The notes beneath the pieces were generated by a model. The model ran no database searches. It was not told the DNA's origin and saw nothing but the letters and a program-made list of their open reading frames with translations. A stretch of DNA of 53,216 bases from positions 1 to 53,216 of the forward strand of contig CAZKAB010000008.1 in assembly GCA_964550615.1 (NCBI GenBank), written 5' to 3'. Shown here in pieces: positions 16,599 through 25,409 of this stretch (position 1 is its first letter; every line of letters begins with the position of its first letter). Made by a program: the position numbers and the translations under genes. The DNA is from an uncultured Thermotogae bacterium. Its GTDB lineage: Bacteria; Bipolaricaulota; Bipolaricaulia; UBA7950; UBA9294.

Positions 16599-17435
16599 CT
16601 AGTGTGCCCTTACGATGAATGTAACGGTCTCCTCCGGCGGGGCATCCTCCCACGAACGGCGATAGTCGAATCCGAGCGTCTGCACTCCGGGCGAAACCAC
16701 GTTGTAGCGGAAGAAGAACGTGCCGCCTCCTCCAGCTATCCCCGCATCGACCGGATCGGGGATATATTCGATACCTTCGATCTCTTCGAGAACATCGCCG
16801 TCCGACTCGTCTGCCAATAACCAGCCGTATCCGGTGGTTGGATTCCCGTGTAGGGCAAACACCAACAGATCACCCACGTTGATGTCGATCGGGGACTCGG
16901 ATGCTGGCGCGTCGAATAGCCGGTAGATTTTGAGCTGTGCGCCACACACAGAAGCATGCGATGTAACGCGGAGGTATCCCGATCTTTCCTCTGGTGACAT
17001 CACCTGCAGTTGTGCTTGGAACTCGCCCATCGTCGTGTCCACGGCGATCGTGTACGCTCCTTCAGAGAGCGGCATACCGGAGGAGTCGGAGAGGGTGAGG
17101 CGGCCCACCCATTCGTCGTATGAGGCGGGAAGCGCATCCGCCTCAATGTTGCCCGACACAAGTTCGCCATCCCCATTGAGCAGACGCAACCCGGTGACAA
17201 GCAACGGGTCGCACATGCAAGGGCACGGGTCATCTCGACCTATTTCTATTGCGAGCTCGTCTCCCGGCGCGAAACGGAACGTGCCAACCGTAGCTTGAAT
17301 CGGCCCCTCGGAGGAGACGGATGCCGAAGCGGAAGCGTGGCTACCGCCCTCGGCAAAGGCGACTCCTCCCAGGATCGGAACCAACAGCATTGCAAGGAAC
17401 AGGCAATAGGCTGGTTTTCTATTCATTGGGATCAC
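16599..17435 (-). CDS. Secreted protein with C-terminal chagasin/I42 cysteine-peptidase inhibitor domain
   Basis: Signal peptide; LHGNPTTGYGW, GGGGTFFFRY, FDYRRSWE motifs; N-terminal Ig-like domain containing CPCMC. Confidence 0.85.
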   Translation of the reverse strand: MIPMNRKPAYCLFLAMLLVPILGGVAFAEGGSHASASASVSSEGPIQATVGTFRFAPGDELAIEIGRDDPCPCMCDPLLVTGLRLLNGDGELVSGNIEADALPASYDEWVGRLTLSDSSGMPLSEGAYTIAVDTTMGEFQAQLQVMSPEERSGYLRVTSHASVCGAQLKIYRLFDAPASESPIDINVGDLLVFALHGNPTTGYGWLLADESDGDVLEEIEGIEYIPDPVDAGIAGGGGTFFFRYNVVSPGVQTLGFDYRRSWEDAPPEETVTFIVRAH

Positions 17436-17626
17436 CTCGGATTACATACCCGCAGTATGGCTGCGGGTTTCACTTCTGGAGATACACGACTCGCATAGGG
17501 CATACGACTGATCCCGGTCAGCGATTTTGCCCAGATGAGGAGCGTAGCGTAGAGTGGATGGGAACATGTCACTGCGGAAAAGACACTCAGGATAGCCGCA
17601 CATCTTACACGCACAAAGGTGGACAA

Positions 17627-18508
17627 TTGAAGATCAGACTTTCTGCTTGCTCAGCCTTTTCCCTGTCATCTGTCGTTCGATCGCACGGGTGGTCCGAACT
17701 TACGCCGTTTGGAATCTGCTCGGACGGGCTTGAGTATGTCGACCGCTTGGACTCGGGACGTGTAGTGGTGCTTCTCATCGCGCAGTACCGCAACGGAGTG
17801 ACCGTAGAAGTGAGTGATTGTCTGGACGATCTCGAACGGGAAGAAGTGGCGCGCAAGGTAGGCTGGATGGTGGGATTGAATCAGGACCTTTCCGCATTCT
17901 ATTCCGTCATCCGCAATGAACCCAGGCTGGCAAATGTTGAAGAACGGTCGCAAGGACGCGTACTGCGCTGTCCGACCCTGTTTGAGGATGCAGTCAAGAC
18001 AATCCTCACCACCAATACGAATTGGCGCGGCACGATGCACATGGTCGACGCGCTCGTTGCCGGCTTTGGCGATCCGCTTCCGTCAGACACGAAGCGCCAT
18101 GCGTTCCCCGCGCCGGAAAGGATCGGAGGTTTGGATCCGGAAGAACTGCGTACGGTCGCGCGACTTGGCTATCGCGCTCCTCACGTGGTCGAGCTGGCGC
18201 GCGCAGTCGCCACGGGTGGCTTGAAACTGGAATCGTTCAAGGACACTGAAATGACGACGCACGAACTCCGAAAATGCCTGCTTGCAATCAAGGGCGTGGG
18301 CCCCTATGCGGCGGCGAACCTTCTGATGATCATCGGTCGCTACGACTTCGTTCCCGTCGACTCATGGGCGGTCAGACTGGTATCGCGTGAATGGTACCAA
18401 GGAGAGCCGGTGGGAAAGGCGGAAGTGGAGGCGGCGTTTGCCCGCTGGGGTAAGTGGCAAGGGCTCTGTTACTGGTTATGGGATTGGGCGCATCGGAAAG
18501 GCGTCTAG
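17627..18508 (+). CDS. HhH-GPD DNA glycosylase (AlkA / 3-methyladenine glycosylase II-like)
   Basis: PTLFEDAVKTILTTN, FPAPE, LGYRA, LLAIKGVGPYAA, VPVDSW, WGKWQG; start set at TTG 17627 after AAGGTGG. Confidence 0.85.
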   Translation: MKIRLSACSAFSLSSVVRSHGWSELTPFGICSDGLEYVDRLDSGRVVVLLIAQYRNGVTVEVSDCLDDLEREEVARKVGWMVGLNQDLSAFYSVIRNEPRLANVEERSQGRVLRCPTLFEDAVKTILTTNTNWRGTMHMVDALVAGFGDPLPSDTKRHAFPAPERIGGLDPEELRTVARLGYRAPHVVELARAVATGGLKLESFKDTEMTTHELRKCLLAIKGVGPYAAANLLMIIGRYDFVPVDSWAVRLVSREWYQGEPVGKAEVEAAFARWGKWQGLCYWLWDWAHRKGV

Positions 18509-18577
18509 CGGTATCTGCCAACGGGAAACGGTTCGAACGACTTGAGGATAGGTATTCCTTCGTGCGACGAGCCTGGG

Positions 18578-19402
18578 CTACAGGAATGGAGTGATCGTCG
18601 CTTCCACAAGGTTGTCGGGTAATCCGTTGTAGCGGATCACGCCGTAGCGGTCGATGAGGATGGTGTGCGGCACAAATGATATCTGGTAGATGTCGGACGG
18701 TCGTTCAGAGAGATGAGATGGCTGCCAGAGGTTGATGAAGCCACCTAATCCCTCTTTTGCCAGATAATTCGCCGCGTCCTGTGGTGAACCATTGAGGATG
18801 ACGGTTATCACCACCACATTGTCATCTGTGAGGTCCGCTCGCAAGTCTTCCAAATGGGGGAGGGATGCTAGACAATGGGAGCAGGTAGTGCGCCAGAACT
18901 CGAGGATGACGACCTTTCCCAAGTAGTCAGATAGGTTATGATTTGCTCCTTGGAGATCGGGAAGCGTGAACAAGGGGGCCGCCTGCCCGACTTGTAGACC
19001 TGTGGGGACGTCGGCCCGCTGATAGGCCTTGTCGCTTATCAGATTGTCACCCATCGATACATTAGCTTCGGAAACGGTTATCGTGCTTGTCGAGCTGTTG
19101 CCGGCGCCTGCATCATCGAAGACCATCAGTGTCACTTCATAATCACCCGGGGCGGCGTAGACGTGCGTCTTCTTGTTACCCGATCCGGTATAGCCATCGC
19201 CGAAAACCCACTGATACGAGACAATCCTGCCATCGGGATCTTCCGATGCAGAGGCATCGAAGCGGACACTGAGAGGCGTTCCTCCCCCCGAGGATACGGA
19301 GAAGTGCGGAAGTGGTTGGTTGTTTGCAAGTGCTGTTCCCGCCACAACAAAAAGCCCGATCCCAAGGATAATGGCCGCCAAGACAGATGTCCTTTGCCTC
19401 AT
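18578..19402 (-). CDS. Secreted PKD domain plus TlpA/redoxin domain protein
   Basis: Signal peptide; FDASASEDPDGRIVSYQWVFGDG (PKD); APLFTLPDL...FWRTTCSHC...FVPHTILID; SD GAGGTGA before ATG 19402. Confidence 0.85.
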   Translation of the reverse strand: MRQRTSVLAAIILGIGLFVVAGTALANNQPLPHFSVSSGGGTPLSVRFDASASEDPDGRIVSYQWVFGDGYTGSGNKKTHVYAAPGDYEVTLMVFDDAGAGNSSTSTITVSEANVSMGDNLISDKAYQRADVPTGLQVGQAAPLFTLPDLQGANHNLSDYLGKVVILEFWRTTCSHCLASLPHLEDLRADLTDDNVVVITVILNGSPQDAANYLAKEGLGGFINLWQPSHLSERPSDIYQISFVPHTILIDRYGVIRYNGLPDNLVEATITPFL

Positions 19403-19508
19403 ATCGATCACCTCGTTGGAAGATAATAGCACAAAAGTATCGGTGCACCAGCCGGTACGAAAGGCGCCCGGGCGGATTGCCGGTTTGACAGCCTAACCCG
19501 GGCGACTC

Positions 19509-21833
19509 CTAGGCGGTGTTCTCACTAAGGGCTTGTAGCACGCGCTCTGGCGTGAACGGCGTCTCTGTCAGGCGCACTCCGATTGCGTCGTAGATAGCAT
19601 TGGCTATTGTCGGAATAGGGGCATTGATCCCGATTTCCGCGACCGATTTGGCGCCGAGCGGCCCGGTCGGCTCATATGAATCGACCAAGACTACGTCGAG
19701 CGGCGGCATGTCGAGCATGGATGGAATCTTGTAGTCGAACAGGCTCGGATTACGAACCCGTCCGAGAGAGCTTATCTGCATCTCCTCCGTCAGGGCGTAG
19801 CCGATTCCGTTTGCGATTGCCCCTTCCATTTGCCCCTCGGCCATGTTTGGATTGATGACCGTACCGCAGTCGGCGGCGACAACGTAGTTCAGGATTTTGA
19901 CGCGTCCTGTCTCAGTATTCACCGCCACTTCGGCGAAACTCGCCATGAACGGCGGCGGAGACTCCTGCGGCACGCTGGAAGCGGTTGCCCCGATCTGAAA
20001 CTGGTCTACGCGATACATTGCGCGCTCGCACACTGCGGCGAGTGAAACGCTTTTGCCCTCTGGGGTGTTTACGCTTTCTTGATCGACGGTGAGGCTGGAT
20101 GGGTCGGCGTCGAGCATGGAAGCGGCGACGCCGATGATTTGCTCGCGCACCTTCTCAGCCGCGCGTTTGACCGCCATCCCGGACACGTATGTCGTCGAAG
20201 AGGCATACGCACCCACGTCGAACGGGGTCAGATCGGTGTCCGACGAGTACACGATAACCTTTTCCAGCGGAACGCCAAGCACCTCGGCGGCGATCTGAGC
20301 AAGGATCGTATCCGACCCAGTCCCGAGGTCAGTCGCTCCGATGAGCAAGTTGAACGATCCATCCTCGTTCATCTTGATTGTCGCCGCGGCCATGTCGATC
20401 TCGGGAATTCCCGATCCTTGCATGTGAACGGACATTCCCACACCGTGCACCCAGGCGCCGTCACGGAATCTCCGCCCGTGTTTCTCGGCCCATCCGATAC
20501 GCTCTTCGCCGATATCGATGCAGCGGTCTAAGGCACAGCTCTTGATCGTGAACGCTACGCCTTCTCTCCCCTCTCCGAGCTTGGCGAAAATCGGAGAGGA
20601 TTCGCCGCTGCGGATGTGGTTCTTTCTGCGGAGCTCAACCGGATCAATGCTGAGTCGCTCAGCCAACTCATCCATCGCAACCTCAAGAGGGAAATAGCCC
20701 TGCGTTGCCCCGTAGCCGCGGTATGCGCCACCGACCGGAAGGTTCGTGTAGACCGCTCTCCCGAAGAAACGGACGTTCTCCGCCTTGTTGTACAGAGGAA
20801 GTGACTTAGACCCGGTGTTTGAGAGAACGGTAAGCCCGTGGCCTCCATATGCGCCGGTGTTCGAGATTCCCTCCATTTCGATCGCGTTCAACACGCCGTC
20901 GTTCTTCGCTCCGAGCTTGACTCGCACCCGCATCGGATGTCGCGTGCGCGAAGAGACGAACTCCTCTTTTCGGGTGAGTTCGATCAGTGCCGGCCTTCCG
21001 GTACGGAGCGTGACAAGTCCGGCGACGTCCTCCAGCAAGATCTCCTGTTTGGTGCCGAATCCTCCGCCGATGCGGGGCTTGATCACGCGGATGTGATGGA
21101 CGGGTATTCCCAACGCATAGGCAACGATCCTGCGCACGTGGAATGGAACCTGAGTGCTTGTGCGAAGGACGAGGCGGTTGTCATCGGCGAGATAGCTGAG
21201 CACGACGTGTGGCTCGATCGGCGTGTGTTGCGCATATTGCGTTTCGCATGTCGTCTCCACTACCACGTCCGATTCGGCGAAACCGCGCTCCACGTCACCG
21301 GCGGATATGTCTACGTTCGCGACGATATTCTTGGTTGATTCGTATATCCCGGTCGCATCCGCTTCATCATGGATAACTGGCGAGCCGGAGGCAAGGGCTT
21401 CATCTATCGATAGCACCGGGGGTAGCTTCTCATAGACGACCTCAATCGCGCTCAACGCTGCAAGTGCGATCTCTTCGGAATCCGCTGCAACGGCGGCGAC
21501 GCGATCTCCGATGAACCGGACCTTGTCATCGAACATACGGGTGTCGTAAGGGGATGGCTCGGGGAATCCTTGTCCGGCAGTGGTGAAACGGGTCGCCGGA
21601 GTATTCTTGTGAGTCAGGACGAGCGCAACACCGGGTATCGCTTCCGCCTTGCTCGTATCGATGGAGATGATCCTTGCGTGCGCGTGCGGGCTGTGGAGGA
21701 TCTTCACTTTGAGCGTACCGGGAAGATCGATGTCGTTCGTGAACTTCGGCTTTCCCGTCACCAAGCCGATTCCGTCGACCTTCTGCTTACTCTTCCCCAC
21801 GATGGAAAAGTCTCTGTTCTTCTCGCCCATCAT
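19509..21833 (-). CDS. Xanthine dehydrogenase family Mo-cofactor-binding subunit (XdhD/YgfN-like)
   Basis: SPHAHARI, RIGGGFGTKQE, AYRGYGATQG, DLGTGSDT, SSTTY, GAKSVAEI; start ATG 21833 in an ATGA overlap. Confidence 0.92.
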   Translation of the reverse strand: MMGEKNRDFSIVGKSKQKVDGIGLVTGKPKFTNDIDLPGTLKVKILHSPHAHARIISIDTSKAEAIPGVALVLTHKNTPATRFTTAGQGFPEPSPYDTRMFDDKVRFIGDRVAAVAADSEEIALAALSAIEVVYEKLPPVLSIDEALASGSPVIHDEADATGIYESTKNIVANVDISAGDVERGFAESDVVVETTCETQYAQHTPIEPHVVLSYLADDNRLVLRTSTQVPFHVRRIVAYALGIPVHHIRVIKPRIGGGFGTKQEILLEDVAGLVTLRTGRPALIELTRKEEFVSSRTRHPMRVRVKLGAKNDGVLNAIEMEGISNTGAYGGHGLTVLSNTGSKSLPLYNKAENVRFFGRAVYTNLPVGGAYRGYGATQGYFPLEVAMDELAERLSIDPVELRRKNHIRSGESSPIFAKLGEGREGVAFTIKSCALDRCIDIGEERIGWAEKHGRRFRDGAWVHGVGMSVHMQGSGIPEIDMAAATIKMNEDGSFNLLIGATDLGTGSDTILAQIAAEVLGVPLEKVIVYSSDTDLTPFDVGAYASSTTYVSGMAVKRAAEKVREQIIGVAASMLDADPSSLTVDQESVNTPEGKSVSLAAVCERAMYRVDQFQIGATASSVPQESPPPFMASFAEVAVNTETGRVKILNYVVAADCGTVINPNMAEGQMEGAIANGIGYALTEEMQISSLGRVRNPSLFDYKIPSMLDMPPLDVVLVDSYEPTGPLGAKSVAEIGINAPIPTIANAIYDAIGVRLTETPFTPERVLQALSENTA

Positions 21834-22303
21834 AAGGATCCTCCGCTCATCTTTTTCGCGGCCGACTTGACTGCTTTCACCTGTTTGACATAGCCGGTAC
21901 AACGACACAAATTCCCGGAAAGAGCTTCCTTGATCTCGTCTGTGCTGGGCTTAGGGTTATGAGTGAGAAGGTCAAGGGTTGCCATCTCCATTCCCGGCGT
22001 GCAATATCCGCACTGCACGGCTCCTTCCTCAAGAAACGCCTCCTGAATCGGGTGCAGCTTCCCGTCGTGTTCCAGACCTTCAGCGGTAATGACAGAGCCG
22101 CCATCTGCCTTGGCTGCGAAGACAAGGCACGAAGTCACTGCATGATCGTTGAGAATCACTGTACAGGCACCACAATCCCCTGATCCACACCCCTTCTTGA
22201 CGCTTTTGTATCCAGCGCTCCTCAGCAGTTCAAGCAAACTCTCGCCCGGCGTAATCTCGAATTCGCGGCATTCGTTGTTGACGGTTAGCGTGATTTTCAT
22301 CAT
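21830..22303 (-). CDS. Xanthine dehydrogenase family [2Fe-2S] subunit
   Basis: KKGCGSGDCGAC...SC, QCGYCTPG, NLCRCTGY. Confidence 0.95.
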   Translation of the reverse strand: MMKITLTVNNECREFEITPGESLLELLRSAGYKSVKKGCGSGDCGACTVILNDHAVTSCLVFAAKADGGSVITAEGLEHDGKLHPIQEAFLEEGAVQCGYCTPGMEMATLDLLTHNPKPSTDEIKEALSGNLCRCTGYVKQVKAVKSAAKKMSGGSL

Positions 22304-23151
22304 CCCTCCTCCGGTTTCTCCGAGATCTCAAGCAGACACCGCTTGATCAGTACGTAGATGAGCTGTCTGCGGTAGTCCGCACTTGCGCGGCGGTCGTCTG
22401 CGACAACGGTCGTATTCCGTGCCACGCGGGCCGCTTTGTCAATCGTCTCAAGTGAAAGAGCTGCTCCAAGCAGGGCATTCTCAGCTTCAGGCAGCCTTGT
22501 CGCGAGATATGGAGTCCCTCCGACTGCAATGCGCGCTGTCGCACACTTACCTGAGTGTATCTCTACCGCGCAAGCGCAGTTGACAAGAGCGATATCGAGT
22601 TCCGTGCGACCGAATTTCTGGAACGCTGCAGCGCAGCCGGCAGAAGGAACGGGAATTACCACCTCGCGCACAATTGATCCTGTCAGCAGGGCGCGCGACG
22701 CATACAGATCGGACAAGGGAATTGGCTCTGCCTCCTTGTCGTGTAACACAACTTGCGCATTGAGTGCAATGAAAAGCGGGATAACATCCGACCACGAGTG
22801 TGCACTCACAATCGTTCCTCCCACGGTCGCAAGATTGCGTAGAAGTGGCGATCCCACCTTCCTTAACATCTGTCCGATAACTCCGCCCAGTACGCGACTG
22901 ATTGTCCGGTCGCCCAATAACTGCGCAAACGTTGTTGCAGCGCCGATCGCAATCGCAACAGGACGTTCCTCGACGTAGGAAAGGCCAAGCTTGGAGATAT
23001 CGATCAACGTTGTCACATCAGCGGGAAGGAAGCGCGCAAGATCGATCCCCCCACCGATGATGCGCGCCGTTTTTCCGCACTTTCGCAACAGGGCGTGCGC
23101 TTCATCCAGCGAGGATGGCCGCGCATAATCCATAAGTTGACTGCGAGACAC
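22300..23151 (-). CDS. Xanthine dehydrogenase family FAD-binding subunit
   Basis: YARPSSLDEA, IIGGGIDL, LRNLATVGG, DDRRASADYRR; GTG start after GGAGGGA. Confidence 0.9.
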   Translation of the reverse strand: MSRSQLMDYARPSSLDEAHALLRKCGKTARIIGGGIDLARFLPADVTTLIDISKLGLSYVEERPVAIAIGAATTFAQLLGDRTISRVLGGVIGQMLRKVGSPLLRNLATVGGTIVSAHSWSDVIPLFIALNAQVVLHDKEAEPIPLSDLYASRALLTGSIVREVVIPVPSAGCAAAFQKFGRTELDIALVNCACAVEIHSGKCATARIAVGGTPYLATRLPEAENALLGAALSLETIDKAARVARNTTVVADDRRASADYRRQLIYVLIKRCLLEISEKPEEG

Positions 23152-23434
23152 GATTCCCTCCTTGTTTTCTAGTCAGTTACAGTAGTTATCGCGATAGAAT
23201 GGCGCGAACTGCTATTGCTCGCGTGAAAATGTACACCAACTCGCAGATGGGAATCAAACGATACCAGCACTTCGCGTGTAAGTGTCTAATGGAAGCATAG
23301 AAGACGTCTCCGTCATACGTATCAAGATTTGCCGTTGCGCTTTGTGGTGCACGGCGGATAATTTGATTTGCAGTGTGGTGGACCGCTTGATTGAGGAGAG
23401 ACAGCAGGATGATAATGTGTAGAGGAGGCGGTAG

Positions 23435-23686
23435 GTGAATAAAATTGAGGTATTTGGCACGGGATGCCTTATGGGATGTTCTACATGCAAGATCTCTCCT
23501 GAAGCCGTGAGTAAGGCTCTCTCCGACCTCGGATTGACCGCGCGAGTGCTGCAGGTGAATGATATCGGGGATGCCCAAGCACGGGGTATCAAGCATCTGC
23601 CGGCACTGGTGATCGACGGCGTGGTGAAGGCGGAAGGAAAGGCATTGACTATTGACGAGATCAAGGCGATACTGCAACAAGCATGA
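23435..23686 (+). CDS. Small redox-active disulfide protein (TM0996/MTH895-like)
   Basis: IEVFGTGCLMGCSTC, PALVIDGVVKAEG; SD GAGGAGG. Confidence 0.85.
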   Translation: MNKIEVFGTGCLMGCSTCKISPEAVSKALSDLGLTARVLQVNDIGDAQARGIKHLPALVIDGVVKAEGKALTIDEIKAILQQA

Positions 23687-23717
23687 GAAGACAACAATCG
23701 TACCTTAGGAGGGAAAA

Positions 23718-24416
23718 GTGAACAGGATCATCGTCGGTTTGATGGCAATTGTCCTGCTGGCTGGGGTTTCGTTGCTGGCGGCGCCGGTGATAACGGCTGG
23801 CGGCGCAGTGTACGATTTCGGCACAGTGATAGAGGGAGCGTTCGTTACGCACACATTTGTGCTGACCAATTCAGGTGATGCGACGCTGACAATCACGCGC
23901 GTGACAACGAGCTGCGGTTGCACGACAACCGATCTCTCGCAGACCAGCCTTGCGCCCGGAGATTCGGTCAATCTCGACGTCAATTTCGACTCGGTCGGCT
24001 TTGGCGGCCAGACAGTGACCAAGCTCATCTATGTAGAGTCGAACGATCCCACACAACCGAAGTTCGTGCTTCAATTGAAGGGGAATGTGAATCGCGCGCA
24101 GCCATACAACATTGCCTGCGGCGACCTGAACTACCTCTTCTATCTGCTGGTCGATCTACGAGATCAAGATTCATACGCATCATCGCACATGCTTGGTGCG
24201 GTCAATATTCCCTACAGCGAGCTGACCGATTGGATGGACCGCCTCCCTACAGGGGTGCTGATCGTACTCTATGATGAAGATGGTACGAAGAGCGATCAAG
24301 CGGCGCAGATGCTGAATAAGAACGGGTTTCCTGAGGCGAAAAGCCTTCTGGGTGGGTTCGACGAGTGGACGCGGATATTCAAAGACAAGTTTGTCATCTC
24401 TGACCAAGATAAGTAA
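23718..24416 (+). CDS. Secreted DUF1573 plus rhodanese-like domain protein (copy 1)
   Basis: Signal peptide; FVLTNSGD...TSCGCT...LAPG; LVDLR...HMLGAVNIP...YDEDG...LLGGFDEW. Confidence 0.85.
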   Translation: MNRIIVGLMAIVLLAGVSLLAAPVITAGGAVYDFGTVIEGAFVTHTFVLTNSGDATLTITRVTTSCGCTTTDLSQTSLAPGDSVNLDVNFDSVGFGGQTVTKLIYVESNDPTQPKFVLQLKGNVNRAQPYNIACGDLNYLFYLLVDLRDQDSYASSHMLGAVNIPYSELTDWMDRLPTGVLIVLYDEDGTKSDQAAQMLNKNGFPEAKSLLGGFDEWTRIFKDKFVISDQDK

Positions 24417-24594
24417 GACAACAGAGCACTCTGGTGAGGCGAGGAAGGCGAAACAGCCACTCGCCTCATTCTGTGCACCGCAGAGACAAGCAGGCTCTGG
24501 TTGGAGGAACGGCGAAGCTACGTTACCATCTTTGGACCGCGCACGGCAAGGGCTCTACTTGTCCTGCTGGAATGAGTGGCGCTTACCGGTGTCC

Positions 24595-24624
24595 TTGCAG
24601 CTCGAATGAGCTTCAGTATAAATT
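24595..24624 (+). promoter_or_regulatory. Possible internal sigma70 promoter before copy 2
   Basis: TTGCAG (24595-600), 18 nt, TAAATT (24619-24); SD AAGGAGG before ATG 24661. Confidence 0.4.
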
Positions 24625-24660
24625 CTAAGGATCTCATCGCAATGACAAGGAGGATTTGAG

Positions 24661-25359
24661 ATGAAGAGAGCGGCGGTTCTCACGTTGGCGGTCTTTGTAT
24701 TTTGCAGTGTTGTTGTAAGCGCTACGCCGAAGATACAAGTGGATGCTGATACATACAACTTCGAAAGTGCCGTTGCCGGAACGTTTGTGACGCACAAGTT
24801 CGTTATCACCAACGTAGGTGACACTCCGTTATCGATCAGAAACGTTCGAACCAGCTGTGGATGCACCGTCGTTGATCTCACTCAGAAGGTTCTTGCGCCC
24901 GGGAAATCGGTTGATCTGGAAGCGAAACTAAACACAAACGGGTATCTTGGAAAGGTGGCGAAAACCGTATACGTGGAGAGCGATGATCAGACGAATCCGA
25001 CACTCGTCCTTCACCTGAGCGGTGTGGTTGAGAAGGCGAAGCCGTTCCACATGAGCGTCGGTGACCTTGAGTACATGTTCTACCTCCTAATCGATCTGCG
25101 TACGCCGGACGAGTATGCATCTGCGCATCTACTGGGAGCGATCAATGTCCCGTATGATGAGATCGGCGGTTGGATCGATCGCTTTCCCAAGAACGTCTTG
25201 CTGGTCTTCTACGACGAAGATGGAACCCTTGGAGATCAGGTGGCACAGATGCTGAACGCCGACGGTTTCGCAGATGCCAAGAGCCTGATGGGTGGTTTCG
25301 ACGAGTGGGCCGACGTGCTGGGCGATCAGTTTGTTGTCCATAGTATGGCCGATGAATAG
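24661..25359 (+). CDS. Secreted DUF1573 plus rhodanese-like domain protein (copy 2)
   Basis: Tandem paralog: TSCGCT, LIDLR, HLLGAINVP, YDEDG, LMGGFDEW. Confidence 0.85.
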   Translation: MKRAAVLTLAVFVFCSVVVSATPKIQVDADTYNFESAVAGTFVTHKFVITNVGDTPLSIRNVRTSCGCTVVDLTQKVLAPGKSVDLEAKLNTNGYLGKVAKTVYVESDDQTNPTLVLHLSGVVEKAKPFHMSVGDLEYMFYLLIDLRTPDEYASAHLLGAINVPYDEIGGWIDRFPKNVLLVFYDEDGTLGDQVAQMLNADGFADAKSLMGGFDEWADVLGDQFVVHSMADE

Positions 25360-25409
25360 GCGACGTGGCCGGCTGCGCGCAACGGACCGGCGAAAGGAGC
25401 GGCCCTAGA

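Noticed and set aside
19465-19504. cgcccggg/cccgggcg inverted repeat after the XDH operon as a terminator
   Set aside because: Long loop, no U-tract, and the arms are self-complementary GC runs likely by chance.
23152-23434. Riboswitch (Moco, purine) or sigma54 promoter upstream of the XDH-family operon
   Set aside because: The region is AT-richer than its surroundings, but I could not match a riboswitch core or a GG-N10-GC element by eye; an Rfam scan would settle it.
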